Source: Candidatus Bathyarchaeota archaeon
Lineage (GTDB): Archaea > Thermoproteota > Bathyarchaeia > TCS64
Assembly (NCBI GenBank): GCA_963769425.1
Contig: CAVYLP010000001.1
Span: forward strand, 288,001 to 352,000
Direction of reading: 5' to 3'
Length of the DNA: 64,000 nt
Notes under the pieces: model-generated
The model's database searches: none
Seen by the model: only the letters and a program-made list of their open reading frames with translations
What the model was told of the DNA's origin: nothing
Made by a program: the position numbers and the translations under genes
Shown here: positions 40,070 to 50,811 of the stretch, one piece after another
How the letters are laid out: every line of letters starts with the position of its first letter
How positions within the stretch are numbered: position 1 is the first letter of the stretch

Positions 40070-41761
40070 TCAACCGTCTGTTTCTTTTTCTAAATCCTTG
40101 AACGAAATCTTCCCAATCAATGTCTTTGGCAACTCGTCAAGAAATTCCAAGTCCCGAGGAGCTTCCCAGATCAATAAATTATTCCGCCCAAATTTTAGGA
40201 TGCTCTGTTTTGTTTCTTCTGTGGCCTTTGCTTTATTTTTCAAGACGACAAATGCCTTGACGCGAGAGATTTGTAGATCATCTGGTACTCCTATGACACA
40301 TACAGAGTCGACGTCGGGATGGCTCTGAAGTGTCTTCTCGACTTGCTCAGGATACACGTTTATCCCTGATACCTTTAACATTCGTTTCAATCTTGATTTG
40401 AAATAGAAGAACCCATCCGCATCCACGCATGCAAGATCACCAGTATGCAACCAAATTCGTCCATCTGAGTGCTTTCTAAGAGTTTTTGCATTCTCTTCTG
40501 ATTGATTCAAATAACCTAACATCACATTCGGCCCAGAGACACAGATTTCGCCAACAGTATCAACTGGCAACTCGTCTTCTGTACCGGGTTTCACAATTTT
40601 TGCCAACATATCAGGAAAAGGTATGCCCATACTGCCTTCGCGATATTTGTCCAATGGCATGGCCATTATTGCACTGACCGCCTCGGTTAATCCGTAACCT
40701 TCCAACAATTGGACATTGCCGCCACCAGCTCTTACGACGGCTTCAAATTTTTCTTTGGTGCTTCTTGGCAATGTGTCTGCACCAGAGAAGGTCGCCTCGA
40801 GGCATGATAAATCTGACTTTTGAAATCCGGGATTGTTAGCTAAGGTTTCAAAAAGTGTGGGTACTCCGACCAAAAAAGTGGGACGTTTCTTCTTGACCAA
40901 TTTGGCAACTTCCTTCGGTGTAAACGTTGGAATCAGAATACTCTTTCCGCCAGCCATGAACGCGGCATTTACACAGATTCCCAAACCAAAGCCATGAAAA
41001 ATTGGCAGAATTGCTAAAACAGACTGAGTATGATTTAGATTACCCCATGCGATGACTTGCATTCCTTCTGCAATTATGTTTAGATTCGAGAGTTGAACAG
41101 CTTTCGGCGTCCCCGTCGTCCCACCCGTATACAACATAATAGCACATTCATCCGATCCCATTCGCTGCATTTCCACCGGTGGATACGATTGCTTCATCAT
41201 ATCACTCATCCAGATGACTTGGGGGTCTGCGGGCACGGGAGGTATTTTTCTCCCCATTGTGACTTTGAAGCCAAATTTTGTGATTCCTTTGAGATAATCG
41301 GAAATCCGAGCGAGAATCAGTTTTTGCACGCTGGTTTTTGCCATTCCTTCTTTGAATGGTTTATAAAACACATCAAGGGTCATTAACCATTTACTATCAC
41401 TTATTTGTAGGAAATTTTCGATCTGATTCGACGGGCTTAAGGGGTGAATGACGGAGCAGACTCCTCCAAGTTTATTCACGGCATAAATCGGAATGATCCC
41501 TTGAGGAGCTGTTGGCATCCCAATCGTAATGATATCCCCCTTCTTGAAACCGAGAGAATTTAATGCAGCTGAAAATTGATCTATTTCTTTCAGAAGATTT
41601 TCATAAGTACAGGTGGTTCCCATAAAATCCCAGGCGATAGAGTCGGGATATTTGTCACAGGATTGTTTTAGGCGTTCATAAAGGGTTATTTGAGGATATT
41701 CAACGGAATGCGGCACACTTCCATAAAATTTTCGCCATGGGGGATTTGAAAAATCAGTCAT
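40070..41761 (-). CDS. Long-chain fatty-acid--CoA ligase (AMP-binding)
   Basis: YTGGTTGTPK, EGYGLTE, WLHTGDL, PKTLIGK. Confidence 0.92.
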   Translation of the reverse strand: MTDFSNPPWRKFYGSVPHSVEYPQITLYERLKQSCDKYPDSIAWDFMGTTCTYENLLKEIDQFSAALNSLGFKKGDIITIGMPTAPQGIIPIYAVNKLGGVCSVIHPLSPSNQIENFLQISDSKWLMTLDVFYKPFKEGMAKTSVQKLILARISDYLKGITKFGFKVTMGRKIPPVPADPQVIWMSDMMKQSYPPVEMQRMGSDECAIMLYTGGTTGTPKAVQLSNLNIIAEGMQVIAWGNLNHTQSVLAILPIFHGFGLGICVNAAFMAGGKSILIPTFTPKEVAKLVKKKRPTFLVGVPTLFETLANNPGFQKSDLSCLEATFSGADTLPRSTKEKFEAVVRAGGGNVQLLEGYGLTEAVSAIMAMPLDKYREGSMGIPFPDMLAKIVKPGTEDELPVDTVGEICVSGPNVMLGYLNQSEENAKTLRKHSDGRIWLHTGDLACVDADGFFYFKSRLKRMLKVSGINVYPEQVEKTLQSHPDVDSVCVIGVPDDLQISRVKAFVVLKNKAKATEETKQSILKFGRNNLLIWEAPRDLEFLDELPKTLIGKISFKDLEKETDG

Positions 41762-41902
41762 AATTACTCTTCAGCTCATATGCTAAATAAGTGTAGTTAA
41801 GGAGAAGAAACATTCAGGAAGATAAAGTCGTTGTCTGGCGTGCGTATTAATTCGCTCATTAACGCCTCAAAAGAGATTGGCTCAATGAGCGGCGCTAAAT
41901 GG

Positions 41903-43630
41903 TTAACTGAGCATCTTAGGGGTCAAAATAAAGCACACCAACAGAAAAGCCACAGTTATTATTGTCCCGATCCATGAGAGTCTGATGGCTGTTTTCACCA
42001 TGGGGTTCGATCCCTCCTTCTTTTGAATATCTCGAGCGAGTAGCAGCGTGATGACCGTGAAGGGGAGGAAAATGACGCTGAAGAGCGAGATCTTGGATAG
42101 CTTAGCAATCAATCGCGAGTCCTTGAGCTGGGCATGGTATGTCGCATCAGGTGTTACCACGCTAACTGATTCAACGTTATAAAAGCCTCCCTGCACATCG
42201 AGTTGACCCTTCTGGTACCATTTGAGGCCTTGAAGGCTCTCCGGCTGCCACTTCGACGGGGTAATCGCCGCCCCTATAGTACCCATCAACCACTCAATCG
42301 AACCGATGAACTTGACCTTCTCCCAGCCCCTCATCACCAGATAGTAGGCGAAGTACGAGACCACAATCACGAGCAGCGTCCCATTCCAATCAAGCTTGAT
42401 ACGCCGCTGACCCGTGAGGAGAATCGACACGAGGATCCACCCCATGTAGTATAACCACTGGTTGTTATAGTTGGAGAACGCCGTGAAGCCGAAGCGCCGG
42501 ATAAACTGGACCGGCTTTGACTTGGAAAAGTCATGCCCATACCCCCGCCAATCGACTAAGTAAATGACTATCATCGCCAGCATGACCGCGAAGCCGTTGA
42601 GGGCCAGGAACTGCCAGAGCCACGATAATGGGGACATATACGCACCATACGCCCGCGATATGTCATCTGGGAACCAGTTGCGGAAATGCGAAAGGTCCTC
42701 CCACAGCTGCACAGTATTCATAAGACCTGCACCCTTGAACACATCGAACGCAGTGGCGACAACGCCTACCATTCCCACTAAGAAGGCGATGAGGCTGCCC
42801 ACAAGCACCTTTTTCACAAATTGTTTTGGGATTCGTTCAGGAGGTTGACACATCACGATCCCGATGATCGAGCCTATGCATGAAACCGCCAGAAAGGGAA
42901 AGACCGGCCCCATCGGCGCTGCTAGAGCCGCTAGGAAGGGGCTGACCAGTAAATAGCCGATCGAGTCCACCCCGATCTGGGGTAAATAGATTTCACCACC
43001 TCCCGTGGTGGTTGGCTGCCACGGATACCCGGGAACAAGTTGAGACACACCTACCCACACAGGGATCGTGAGTACAACCATCACCGCAGCGATGATAAGA
43101 TAGGTCCGGATCTGATGGGATACGTTTTTCCACTGCTCCTTCCGGCTTACGACGCCTTGAATAATGCCGTTGAGGATCACGCACCACCCAATAGTGTGGA
43201 TCATTTCAAACCAATTCCACCGCCAAAGGGCTGTCTGCAGATACAGTGACCATCGATAGGTTCCTCCTAAGTCCCTCACAAATAGACCAAACGATCCATT
43301 ATAACCAGTAACGGCCTCGGTGAGCATGCCGAAGAGAACAAGCAGTACGCCAGTTACCACTTGTTGCACGATCAGGGTGTTTGTCGGTTGTCCGTTTTCC
43401 AGACGCCGATACATTGAGACCATATTCGAGATAGCGCTGACGAGCAGGAAAAGGCCGGCTAAGCCACCTAGAAACGGAAGCACCACTAGGGATACCAAGT
43501 TAATCAGAGTGAGATTTGTCACATTGGCCAACAGAGCATCTGTGTTGAGAATCCCGTTGATTACGTGTAATCCGATCATCAAAAAAATGGATAATCCACG
43601 CAAAAAATCTAGACTTGCAAATCGTTTCAT
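41903..43630 (-). CDS. Polytopic membrane protein, HGSNAT/DUF1624 acyltransferase-like
   Basis: RFASLDFLRGLSIFLMIGLH; many TM helices; PVFPFL. Confidence 0.72.
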   Translation of the reverse strand: MKRFASLDFLRGLSIFLMIGLHVINGILNTDALLANVTNLTLINLVSLVVLPFLGGLAGLFLLVSAISNMVSMYRRLENGQPTNTLIVQQVVTGVLLVLFGMLTEAVTGYNGSFGLFVRDLGGTYRWSLYLQTALWRWNWFEMIHTIGWCVILNGIIQGVVSRKEQWKNVSHQIRTYLIIAAVMVVLTIPVWVGVSQLVPGYPWQPTTTGGGEIYLPQIGVDSIGYLLVSPFLAALAAPMGPVFPFLAVSCIGSIIGIVMCQPPERIPKQFVKKVLVGSLIAFLVGMVGVVATAFDVFKGAGLMNTVQLWEDLSHFRNWFPDDISRAYGAYMSPLSWLWQFLALNGFAVMLAMIVIYLVDWRGYGHDFSKSKPVQFIRRFGFTAFSNYNNQWLYYMGWILVSILLTGQRRIKLDWNGTLLVIVVSYFAYYLVMRGWEKVKFIGSIEWLMGTIGAAITPSKWQPESLQGLKWYQKGQLDVQGGFYNVESVSVVTPDATYHAQLKDSRLIAKLSKISLFSVIFLPFTVITLLLARDIQKKEGSNPMVKTAIRLSWIGTIITVAFLLVCFILTPKMLS

Positions 43631-43758
43631 AATGAAATCACAATCCGGTGAAGCATGGAACATTTATCTGTAGTTCAGTAAATAATATCTTTCCATCACC
43701 CGCGCGACAAGTAGAGGATAAAAGCTAATTTAGCAGTCTAAACCGTAGTGTGAAGCTA

Positions 43759-43771
43759 TTCCTCTGCGCCA
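43759..43771 (+). repeat. att core (copy of tRNA-Ser 3' end)
   Basis: TTCCTCTGCGCCA identical to 31767-31779. Confidence 0.85.
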
Positions 43772-43938
43772 AGTCAAACCCAAAGTCATTATTTAGACGT
43801 AATTTCTAAAAAGAGTCGAAAATATTAGAATTTATCTTTTTCATTTAGAATGATTTACTTAAAACACTTTTTATTTAAGTTATTGGATAGTATTGCAAAA
43901 ACCGTCAGTTTTAGAATAATGAATATTATTTTTTTACT

Positions 43939-44289
43939 ATGAAGATCAAACTGACAAGCGTATTTGTAGACAACCAAGGCAAGGCTCTAAAGTTTTATAC
44001 CGAGGTTTTGGGCTTCGTTAAGAAATCGGATAACACCGCAGGGAAATTCAGATGGTTAACAGTTGTTTCGCCTGAAGATCAAGACGGTACCCAGTTACAA
44101 CTCGCTCTCAACGATAATCCCGCAGCAAAATCCTACCAGGAATCTATTTTCAAGCAAGGTGTTCCCGCAGCTATGTTCGACGTTGATGACATTCAGAAAG
44201 AGTATCAGAGACTGAAGAGATTGGGAGTGAAGTTCACCATGGAGCCGACGAAAACATTACTCGCGCGCAAGCTGAAAGTGAAAAATTGA
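43939..44289 (+). pseudogene. VOC family protein, C-terminally truncated
   Basis: VFVDNQ.KALKFYTEVLGF, RWLTVVSP, FDVDDI..EY.RL; the usual final D..GN strand is missing after EPTKT. Confidence 0.65.
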
Positions 44290-44375
44290 TTTAGGTCTGA
44301 ATCTTGCGATCTAAAGTTTTGAAAACCTTTGCCGAACTATATATAAAGAAGAAATTTTAATTTCAATTTGATAAT

Positions 44376-44789
44376 ATGAGCGCAAGAGAAGGGACTGAAT
44401 TAAAAGAACCTGCGTCTGAGTTGTTCCGCAAGAGAGTCAAGGAACTGGGCGATTGGCGTGGCGAGACGCTTGAAAGAGTGCGCAGGCTCATCAAGGAGGC
44501 GGACCCGGAGATAGTAGAAGAGTGGAAGTGGGTGAAACCTACGTCGCCTGGAACTCCAGTCTGGTCCCACAACGGCGGCATCTGCACCGGCGAGACCTAC
44601 AAGAGTGTAGTCAAGCTCACTTTCTTCAAGGGTGCTTCGCTGGAGGATCCCGCTCACCTGTTCAACCAGCCTGGGACCGTCAGGCGCGCTATCGACATCC
44701 ATGAAGGCGACAAGATCGATGAAGCTGCGTTTAAGAAACTCATTCGCGAAGCCGTAGCTTTGAACCTCAAGAGCAAAGGGAAACGGTAG
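44376..44789 (+). CDS. DUF1801 (YdhG-like) protein
   Basis: DWRGETL, EEWKW, PVWSHNG, KLTFFKGASL.DP. Confidence 0.9.
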   Translation: MSAREGTELKEPASELFRKRVKELGDWRGETLERVRRLIKEADPEIVEEWKWVKPTSPGTPVWSHNGGICTGETYKSVVKLTFFKGASLEDPAHLFNQPGTVRRAIDIHEGDKIDEAAFKKLIREAVALNLKSKGKR

Positions 44790-44899
44790 ACTTGGACCAT
44801 GAGGACATCCTGTCGTTCTCAGAGCAGCAGATGGATCACCAAGAGCCTATCAAAAATCAAGCCAGCAGCTAGTTTTGGGCATAGAAAAGTACAGGTTGA

Positions 44900-45428
44900 A
44901 TGCTAAACATGTGCTTGACTCACTCAACCTAGACCAGAAAAACAAAGACCTAACTGACCACTACCACAGAGAAGGACCGTAAGAACAACAATTGAACCAC
45001 TCTCAATGCTCAAAGCCCGCCGTCACCAGCACCCACGTGAAGGCCTACAGTAAAAGAGCCATGGACAACCGAACCGGGAAAAGCGACCCGGATGCGAGGG
45101 TGAGCGTAGAAGAGGAGGCTTCATCCTCGGCTACCGCGTCCACACGGCCCACTGCGCCGACTCCGAGCTGCCCTTGGCATTCACGGTGGCTCCATGCAAC
45201 GAGAACGACAAGGTCTACTTCGAACCGCTGTTAGAGCGGGTTCACCGCCTCGGAGTCAAGTTCAGATCCGTTCTGGCGGATGCGCAGTATAGATCGGTGG
45301 TACGTGACGCGGCTGAGTGGCTCGAGGCTGAGCCGATCATCCCGGCTAAGAGGGACTCCCGGGTTGATGCGGTACTGTGTGTTGGCCGGGACTTCGTTGC
45401 AAGAGGTGCTAAGCAGCCAGACAGACAA
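44900..45428 (+). pseudogene. DDE transposase remnant (IS5/IS1182-like)
   Basis: STHVKAYS, SDPDAR, GY.VH, PLAFTVAPCNEND, VLADAQY; frameshifted and truncated. Confidence 0.8.
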
Positions 45429-45528
45429 ACGCGCGCGTATAAATTATTAATTAAGGAATATTTTACATTATTTAATTCTATACGAGAAAGGTATAAATGC
45501 TCAATATAATACCGCAAATGAGTTCAGA

Positions 45529-46749
45529 TTGGCGCAGATAGTCACAGCGGCTCAGAGGCGGAACTATTACTTCATCATTGGCTTAGTTGTGATGATGCAG
45601 ATCACCTCGTCGACCATCTACATGGTTCTACCACTCTTCTATGCGAGCGTAGGAGTATCGGTGGCGGAGAATGGCGTCTTAATATCGATAAGCACCTTCA
45701 TGGGGATACTGAGCGGCCTAACCGCAGGGGTTCTATCTAATAGGTACGGGAGGAAGAAGATTCTCACACTGAGCGCCATAATATACTCGGTATCCTATCT
45801 AATGCTCGAGTACATGGGCACAGATTTTGGTAGCCTGGCGCTCTCGAGGATCGTCGCCGGAATAGGATTCTACATGATGCCGGTCATGGTGACCACCATG
45901 GCGGCGGACATATTTCCGATGGGGATCCGCGGGAGGGCCATGAGTCTCTATCAGGCAACGAGCGGGGTAGGCTCGTTGATTGGGCCGCTGATCGTTCCAC
46001 TGCTAATATTTGGAACCGATTTCAGCCATTATTTCCTGTTCTCAGCCATCTCGATCATGATAAGCGGCGTCTTTATGGCCTTCATCATCAAGGAGACGCT
46101 GCCCTCGGAGCTCAAGTCCAGTGTAAACGAGTCTATCCGCAAGAAGCTGAACGTTCGGGGATTCATCACCTCTCTTAGGGGCCTCGGCGTGGTCGTTGGG
46201 ATATTCCTCGGCGCAGTCATCTTCTATAGGACAGCGTACACGATGATCGATCCGTTCCTGAGCCTCTACCTGACAGAGGTGCTCAAACTTAACCTCGACT
46301 CAGTGAGCGCTATATACGCTTCCAGAGCTATATGCTACATCGCGTTCTCCTTCGTTGGTGGCTATCTCATCGATAGGTTCAGCAAGAAGACTGTGCTTCT
46401 GATGGGCCTCGCCATGACCACGATAACCGTCATTAGCTACCCCTTCACCCTGACGTTTCCGCTGATGTTGGTCTTGAGGGCGTGGGACGCCGCTTCTACC
46501 GCCATCTTGATCACGGGGATCTACACGTCGCTGGCCGATTTACTTACGGTGGAGAAACGTGGCCTGGGTATGGGGATCTACTCGGCGACGGCGCAACAGA
46601 GTTCGACTGTTGGCTCCATATTCAGCGGTTTCCTGATTGGGGTTTATGGATTCAACTTTGTTTTCGTAACGGCTGGCATAGCATGCGCCTTATCTTTCCT
46701 GATCTTCTGGAGGTTTGTGCCGGGGGGGAAGAAAGTGGATAAATCGTGA
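45529..46749 (+). CDS. MFS transporter
   Basis: GVLSNRYGRK and GYLIDRFSKK motifs; about 12 TM. Confidence 0.92.
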   Translation: MAQIVTAAQRRNYYFIIGLVVMMQITSSTIYMVLPLFYASVGVSVAENGVLISISTFMGILSGLTAGVLSNRYGRKKILTLSAIIYSVSYLMLEYMGTDFGSLALSRIVAGIGFYMMPVMVTTMAADIFPMGIRGRAMSLYQATSGVGSLIGPLIVPLLIFGTDFSHYFLFSAISIMISGVFMAFIIKETLPSELKSSVNESIRKKLNVRGFITSLRGLGVVVGIFLGAVIFYRTAYTMIDPFLSLYLTEVLKLNLDSVSAIYASRAICYIAFSFVGGYLIDRFSKKTVLLMGLAMTTITVISYPFTLTFPLMLVLRAWDAASTAILITGIYTSLADLLTVEKRGLGMGIYSATAQQSSTVGSIFSGFLIGVYGFNFVFVTAGIACALSFLIFWRFVPGGKKVDKS

Positions 46750-47254
46750 AAATAGGATGACTTCGTGCATATCTTCAATCATCCCATAACCGAGTCCCGA
46801 ACGGTGTGGCATCGTCTATGTTGCGCGTAAATCACGTGGTGGCAACATCTCAGACGAGGTCATTCATAAGTTGTTCTCCGCGCGTGCAATGAGTATTATA
46901 CAGTGGAAAATGCGCACGCAAGCATGAGAAATCTCGGCAGCGGAAAGCAATAATTACCAACATATATATTTCTTAATAAACCTCTGAAATGATGATTTTC
47001 ATGGCTCCAAACCTTAAGAATAAAATGTTCCTAGATGGCGAGTAGGTTGACTGATGAGGCGCGCGCGGGCCATAGCCTTATCCCCCCAAACCCAAACCCC
47101 TTTTTTTTTGTGTTTTTCTTAAACCAGCGATTAGTTGATTATCAGCATGTGCACGGTGGAAGTGAGGATAAGACATCCGCCAGACAAATACTTTTACATT
47201 AGATGAGGCTAATGCCAAAGAAGCTTTGGAATATATTTCGAGTATTTTATGCTA

Positions 47255-47923
47255 TTAGGCTAATCCAAGTACTCTCCCAGTTAGCTCAGTCCAGTCCTTA
47301 TCGACGGCCTCCCGAATGAGAGACTTAAGACCCGAAAATACCTGAGGAGGCATCAGATTCATCCATCCCTTAGTTAGGATAACTTGGTCATCCTGCTTCA
47401 GCAGAGGGAAAAGCCACCTCACCAAGAGGGGAGTCTTTTCCTGAGGCACACTCCTCGCCATGACCCCAACAATGGACACTTGTTCATCCAACCCCGTATT
47501 CTCTCGGAGAGTCGGGTACAGATAGGTGTCCTCCTTGTAGAGGTGAATCCTAAGATGTGACCTCAAGACAGCCGTCGCCCTGGCAACCACAAGGGGATCA
47601 GTTGCAGCACTCATCACACCTAGCCCAGCGACCATATCATCCAGTTCACGATGATCAGTGACATATGTCTTAGCTAGGAGCGGCGCCACCTTATCGACCG
47701 CCGGGAAGACTGCCTCCTCCTCACCCTTTGCATGGTAATTCAAAATCTCTCCAGTGACCTTCATTCGGTTAAGAATAGGAGTAAAATCTCCGCGGGTCCT
47801 TACCGTTTTTAAGGTATCCTCATCTATCTCCAGCAAGTCCCTGCGAAATGCGTTGTGAAAGCAGCGTACTACGTCAATTGGTCCGAAGTCCGTCCATTTG
47901 TTCACATCTGTGCCCATGTTCAT
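47255..47923 (-). CDS. Hemerythrin/HHE domain protein
   Basis: HNAFRRDL, HAKGEE..VFP, DH, HLYKED..LYP. Confidence 0.85.
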   Translation of the reverse strand: MNMGTDVNKWTDFGPIDVVRCFHNAFRRDLLEIDEDTLKTVRTRGDFTPILNRMKVTGEILNYHAKGEEEAVFPAVDKVAPLLAKTYVTDHRELDDMVAGLGVMSAATDPLVVARATAVLRSHLRIHLYKEDTYLYPTLRENTGLDEQVSIVGVMARSVPQEKTPLLVRWLFPLLKQDDQVILTKGWMNLMPPQVFSGLKSLIREAVDKDWTELTGRVLGLA

Positions 47924-48172
47924 GTCGATTATCTTCTCTTAATCCCTTAAATTAAATCTGTGTGAATTAAAACTAGCATCAGGTGGAAGTGAGGATAAGA
48001 CTATGGTTATCACCCAAACCCCAGTTTTCTATCCTTCATACCTGTCTAACAATCTCCCTTCTACTCTCACATACTCTTACTCTCTCTCTGGGTCAGACAG
48101 ACAAACAGACAGGGAAACGAACAGGCAAACAAATAAGAAGTATTAAAAGAGTTAAAAAAATATTTTATTTCG

Positions 48173-49033
48173 ATGTCTGAGATTAAAGTCAATTATATTC
48201 GTTTATCTTTGTTCAGAAATATCTCTTTATTAATCGTCCTATTTGGGTGGAGCATATATAATATAATGGGTGGAATCTTTAATTCAATTTATTTTTATCA
48301 ATATTTTACACAAGGTTTTTTATACTATGAACTATTAGAGAGCCTAATTTCCTCCTTTTCAGGAATACTATTATTATTCCTACTCATTGATATTTTACGT
48401 TCGAAAGAAATTACTCAACGAAATAGACTTGAGATAGTAAGCTTGTTTTTACTTCAGATAATATATCAAATAGCAAGACCCGTCTCTATGTTATACTTTA
48501 ATTTATCATCTATAAGTTTTCAACCACTTGACATTTCTAATTATACTCTATCTATATCTATAGCTATATTTAGTATTATTTTATATATTTATATAATCAG
48601 GAATATTTCCTATGGGTTAAATTTAATTAATGAAAATATACTCATATTAATTTTCTTTATATTTACAAGTTTTTCAATATATCAATTGTTGTATTATATT
48701 AATTATTTTGAGGGTCACTTATTCTATTTTTTCCAAATTAGTTCATTTGAATTAATATATTTGGTGGCTACATTTTTTTCCCTTAAGTTGTATCAAAAAT
48801 TTAGAAAAAATGATCTATCAGACCTTGTTATGCCTATCTATCTCAGAATCGCCCTTTTTGAGTTCGGATTTATGGGTCTTGCAAGTGTATACTTTTTACT
48901 CATTAGTAATGGTCGCATTTTGTTATATGGAGGGGTGTTAATTGGTGAGATGCCCAATATCTGGAGTTTTGTATATTACATTGGTTTTATGGCATTATCT
49001 TTCTTACCCCTAAAGATTATCTTCGATAAATAA
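48173..49033 (+). CDS. Hypothetical polytopic membrane protein (very AT-rich)
   Basis: 286-aa hydrophobic ORF. Confidence 0.65.
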   Translation: MSEIKVNYIRLSLFRNISLLIVLFGWSIYNIMGGIFNSIYFYQYFTQGFLYYELLESLISSFSGILLLFLLIDILRSKEITQRNRLEIVSLFLLQIIYQIARPVSMLYFNLSSISFQPLDISNYTLSISIAIFSIILYIYIIRNISYGLNLINENILILIFFIFTSFSIYQLLYYINYFEGHLFYFFQISSFELIYLVATFFSLKLYQKFRKNDLSDLVMPIYLRIALFEFGFMGLASVYFLLISNGRILLYGGVLIGEMPNIWSFVYYIGFMALSFLPLKIIFDK

Positions 49034-49105
49034 AACTCCAAAGAGTTAATCAATCAAACTGCGCAATGTCCGGGCTGGGTAGAACGGTATTATGCGTGCG
49101 CACAT

Positions 49106-49228
49106 TATTGTTAAGATTAATGACTCTAGGATCCCAATTTTTAGTCTCACCCCTAAGATACTTAGCGAATAATAGAGACTCTTCATTTATCAGCGTCTCT
49201 TGGGTCTGGTGCTCCCCGTTCCTGTTAT
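49106..49228 (-). pseudogene. C-terminal remnant of a solo Cas1-like protein
   Basis: RNGEHQTQETLINEESLLFAKYLRGETKNWDPRV resembles the C-terminus I recall for Bathyarchaeia solo Cas1; recalled, not searched. Confidence 0.5.
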
Positions 49229-49325
49229 CTAGACAAAGCGCAGGAATGACGCAACAGGTTAACCAAAAATTAACGTCAGAGTGCTTAAATGAGGTTGGAA
49301 GTATTCGACGCGCACGCAAACGCAC

Positions 49326-49952
49326 TCAGACATTTCCCCACTTATTGTAGTGTAGTTTATCCTTGAGCGTAACGGTCTTCTGCCTAACAGAATAGTCCAT
49401 GGGGTAGCCAATCGGAATCGCCGCTGCCACCTCATAACCATCAGGCACGCCCAGAACCTTCTTGAGAACAACCGTCTCACGAGGCACACTGGTAACCCCA
49501 TATAACCCCTCCGCAGCCATCGCCAGCATGATGTTCTCTATGCACATCCAGATAGAAGCCAAATCGTTCAGGTCATACAGAATCTCGCATTCCTTCAGAG
49601 GCTTCCTCAACCTATAGCAGACGACAAGCAGCTCCGGCGAGGTCACCAGCATCTTCACCTGAACCGGCAGCGCCTTACGATACATCTCCCTCTGCAGCTC
49701 ATCCGACCAATTGTTTAACGCCTTTTCGAGCTCCATCTCGTTCGTGATGTTCTTCCCCTTCGAGACCAGCTCCGCGACCTTTACCCTCTGCTCAGGGTCT
49801 TTAACGAGGATGAACTCCCACTGCCGGAGATGGTTATTTGACGGTGCTTTTAGCCCCGCCTCTAGAACTCTACGGAGCTTCTCTTCTTCTACGGATCTTG
49901 ACTGAAACTCCCTCACGCTTCTTCGATTGTTGACCGCTTCGTAAAACTCCAA
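49326..49952 (-). CDS. Nitroreductase family protein
   Basis: RRSVREF, APSNNHLRQWEF, ENIMLA..AEGL, IPIGYP. Confidence 0.9.
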   Translation of the reverse strand: MEFYEAVNNRRSVREFQSRSVEEEKLRRVLEAGLKAPSNNHLRQWEFILVKDPEQRVKVAELVSKGKNITNEMELEKALNNWSDELQREMYRKALPVQVKMLVTSPELLVVCYRLRKPLKECEILYDLNDLASIWMCIENIMLAMAAEGLYGVTSVPRETVVLKKVLGVPDGYEVAAAIPIGYPMDYSVRQKTVTLKDKLHYNKWGNV

Positions 49953-50192
49953 CTAAGATGCCACCTTGCTATATTCATAAGATAATGTTTGTATTAAGTT
50001 GACGAAAACGGATCCTTTTTAGTTTTGAACCTGATTTGTGGATTTGGTGTTCAAAGTGTTCTTGATGAAGATGTGGGGTGAATGAGGCATCTAATAGGAT
50101 GATCTTCTAAACAACCAAGCTCGCGATTCAGCGGATCGAAATATAAGAATAGATTTAATTCATACCCATACAATGTATAACATAGGTCAAGT

Positions 50193-50435
50193 ATGACTGA
50201 GGTTCAGGTAACCAGCAAGGGGCAGATAACCATCCCCTCGGAACTCAGACGCAAATACAACATAGAGGAAGGCGGTAGGGTCCAAGTCGTCGAGGAAGAC
50301 GGGAAGATCGTAGTCAAAAAAGCGATCAGCTTCTACGACCTCGCCGGATCAGCTGTGGGAGAAGCCACAGTCGAGGAGCTAAAAGAGACGCTGGACGAGA
50401 TGAGAAAAGACGATGAAGAAAACCAGCGTCTATGA
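50193..50435 (+). CDS. vapB: AbrB/MazE-type antitoxin
   Basis: VTSKGQITIPSELRRKYNIEEG; overlaps the PIN gene. Confidence 0.88.
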   Translation: MTEVQVTSKGQITIPSELRRKYNIEEGGRVQVVEEDGKIVVKKAISFYDLAGSAVGEATVEELKETLDEMRKDDEENQRL

Positions 50436-50811
50436 CACGAGATACTTCGTCGAATACTTCTACTCCGGAGACGAGGAGGCTGTAAGAGCCCTAAAAAAAG
50501 ACGCGCGAGAAACAGGTGAGAAAATCGTCTCCACGGTGACCATCCATGAATTCTATAGAATAAACCTAGGCAAAGCAGGTAGAGAAGCAGCACAACTCAG
50601 ATGTAACGCCATAAGAAACGAGTTCAAGATAATTGACCTTGACTATGAGCAAGCTCTGCTCAGCGCCCAGATAAGAAACGAGGCTCCGATCCCCTTCGCA
50701 GACAGCGTTATCGCCGCCGCGGCACTATCGAGAGGCTGCCCAGTCGTTTCAGACGACAATCACTTCAAAAAGGTACAGAGATTACAAACGCGCTGGCCCG
50801 TTCCAAGGTAA
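50413..50811 (+). CDS. vapC: PIN-domain toxin
   Basis: VYDT, STVTIHE, FADSVIAA, VSDDNHF. Confidence 0.9.
   Translation: MKKTSVYDTRYFVEYFYSGDEEAVRALKKDARETGEKIVSTVTIHEFYRINLGKAGREAAQLRCNAIRNEFKIIDLDYEQALLSAQIRNEAPIPFADSVIAAAALSRGCPVVSDDNHFKKVQRLQTRWPVPR

Larger units (their letters stand above)
31780..43771. mobile_element. Integrated element 1 at tRNA-Ser
   Basis: TTCCTCTGCGCCA duplicated at 31767-31779 and 43759-43771; integrase remnant next to the tRNA; abrupt composition shifts. Confidence 0.8.
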
